Origin: Methanotrichaceae archaeon
Lineage (GTDB): Archaea > Halobacteriota > Methanosarcinia > Methanotrichales > Methanotrichaceae
Direction: 5' to 3'
Length of the DNA: 64,000 bases
Assembly (NCBI GenBank): GCA_963754945.1
Contig: CAVWIG010000013.1
Coordinates: 17,352-81,351, forward strand
The position numbers and the translations under genes were made by a program. Each line of letters starts with the position of its first letter. The first letter of the stretch is position 1. Shown here one piece after another: positions 63,001 to 64,000 of the stretch. Under the pieces are notes generated by a model. It saw only the letters and a list, made by a program, of their open reading frames with translations, had not been told where the DNA came from and ran no database searches.

Positions 63001-63783
63001 GTGATGGTCTTTGGCATGAAGTCGTTCCTGATTGATCTCGATGGAGTCCTGTACGTTGGCAAAAAACCGGTAGAAGGTGCCAGGGAATGCCTGGCTCTCA
63101 TGGATGAGTTAGGTTACGATTACCGGTTTGTTTCCAACTCCACACGGAGGTGTAGGTGTTCTGTAGCCGAACGACTGAAGGGGTTTGGATACGATGTTTC
63201 GCCGGAGCGCATCTTCACGCCGCCCTTGGCCGCAATCCAGAGGATGAGAAGATCGGGAAAGGACAGGTGTTACCTCCTGACCACGGGAGATGTTCATCTG
63301 GAGTTTGAGGACGCTGGAATATCCCTCTCAGACGAGGACGTCGATTTCGTGGTTGTGGGGGATGCTGGCCGGGATTTCACCTTCGACCGCCTGAACAAGG
63401 CACTGAGGTTGATCCTCGATGGTGCACAGATCCTGGCCCTTGAGCAGGACAGGTACTGGCAGGAGTCTGACGGGCTGGTTCTGTCCACAGGCCCCTTCGT
63501 GGCTGCACTGGAGTACGCCACGGGAAAGAAGGCCGAGCTGATGGGAAAGCCTTCACCGGAGTTCTTCCGGATGGCTCTGAGGGACATGGGTTCCCGCCCT
63601 GACCAGGCTGCCATGATCGGGGACGACATTCTGACAGACGTTGCAGGCGCTCAAAAACTGGGCATGCAAGGAATCCTCGTCAAGACGGGAAAGTACCGAG
63701 AAGATATTGCCAGAAGCTCGGGCGTGGTGCCAGACCTTGTTCTGGAATCCCTGGCTGATCTGAAGATGCACCTGAAGGCCTAA
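63001..63783 (+). CDS. HAD-superfamily IIA hydrolase (LHPP/HDHD2-like)
   Basis: DLDGVL, VSN, GKPS, IGDDILTDV, KTGKY. Confidence 0.93.
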   Translation: MMVFGMKSFLIDLDGVLYVGKKPVEGARECLALMDELGYDYRFVSNSTRRCRCSVAERLKGFGYDVSPERIFTPPLAAIQRMRRSGKDRCYLLTTGDVHLEFEDAGISLSDEDVDFVVVGDAGRDFTFDRLNKALRLILDGAQILALEQDRYWQESDGLVLSTGPFVAALEYATGKKAELMGKPSPEFFRMALRDMGSRPDQAAMIGDDILTDVAGAQKLGMQGILVKTGKYREDIARSSGVVPDLVLESLADLKMHLKA

Positions 63784-63958
63784 AACTAATGGCTAATTCC
63801 AGTGAAACCCAAAAGATGCCAACCTTCTTGATCTTCTCTTTTGATTATTCAACTTTATTCGCCTGTTAGCGCCACTTTCAAAGTGTGGGGGCTGGTGAAA
63901 ATCTTATGTAGATGAAGACCACTATCAACATGTTAAATTTAGGTATGAGGTGAGTAAC

Positions 63959-64000
63959 ATGAAAAACTGGATTGTGCTAACCATAATTCTTCTGATGAGC
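63959..64000 (+). CDS. Start of a secreted/membrane protein (runs off the window edge)
   Basis: GAGGTGA RBS followed by MKNWIVLTIILLMS. Confidence 0.5.
   Translation, partial: MKNWIVLTIILLMS

Overview
This looks like a methanogenic archaeal chromosome segment (Methanothrix/Methanosarcinales-like; inferred from gene content and IS types, not database-checked). It is a heavily IS-invaded accessory region: four IS256, three IS66-family transposases, two IS5, one IS630, one IS1634 and two kinds of MITE. Recognisable genes: two secreted papain-like (C1A) proteases with C-terminal repeats; a scattered phosphate-uptake set (pstS-pstC-pstA, pstB-phoU, a decayed AbrB-PhoU regulator and a truncated PstS fusion); two paralogous APH/kinase-like phosphotransferases; glycogen phosphorylase; the baseplate/tail end of a contractile injection system; rubrerythrin; thiM/thiE; and several pseudogenes (catalase, thiC, a DUF362 membrane protein). 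The signal these annotations do not explain is a set of roughly a dozen 130-500 nt intergenic elements. By eye they fold into nested helices, most with G-U pairs on the + strand. They include a tandem array at 18.3-21.1 kb with pair-preserving substitutions and candidate pseudoknots, and several elements share sequence motifs. This may be an undescribed family of large structured ncRNAs, but no folding or database search was run. A split IS5 element also records an inversion of about 4 kb.
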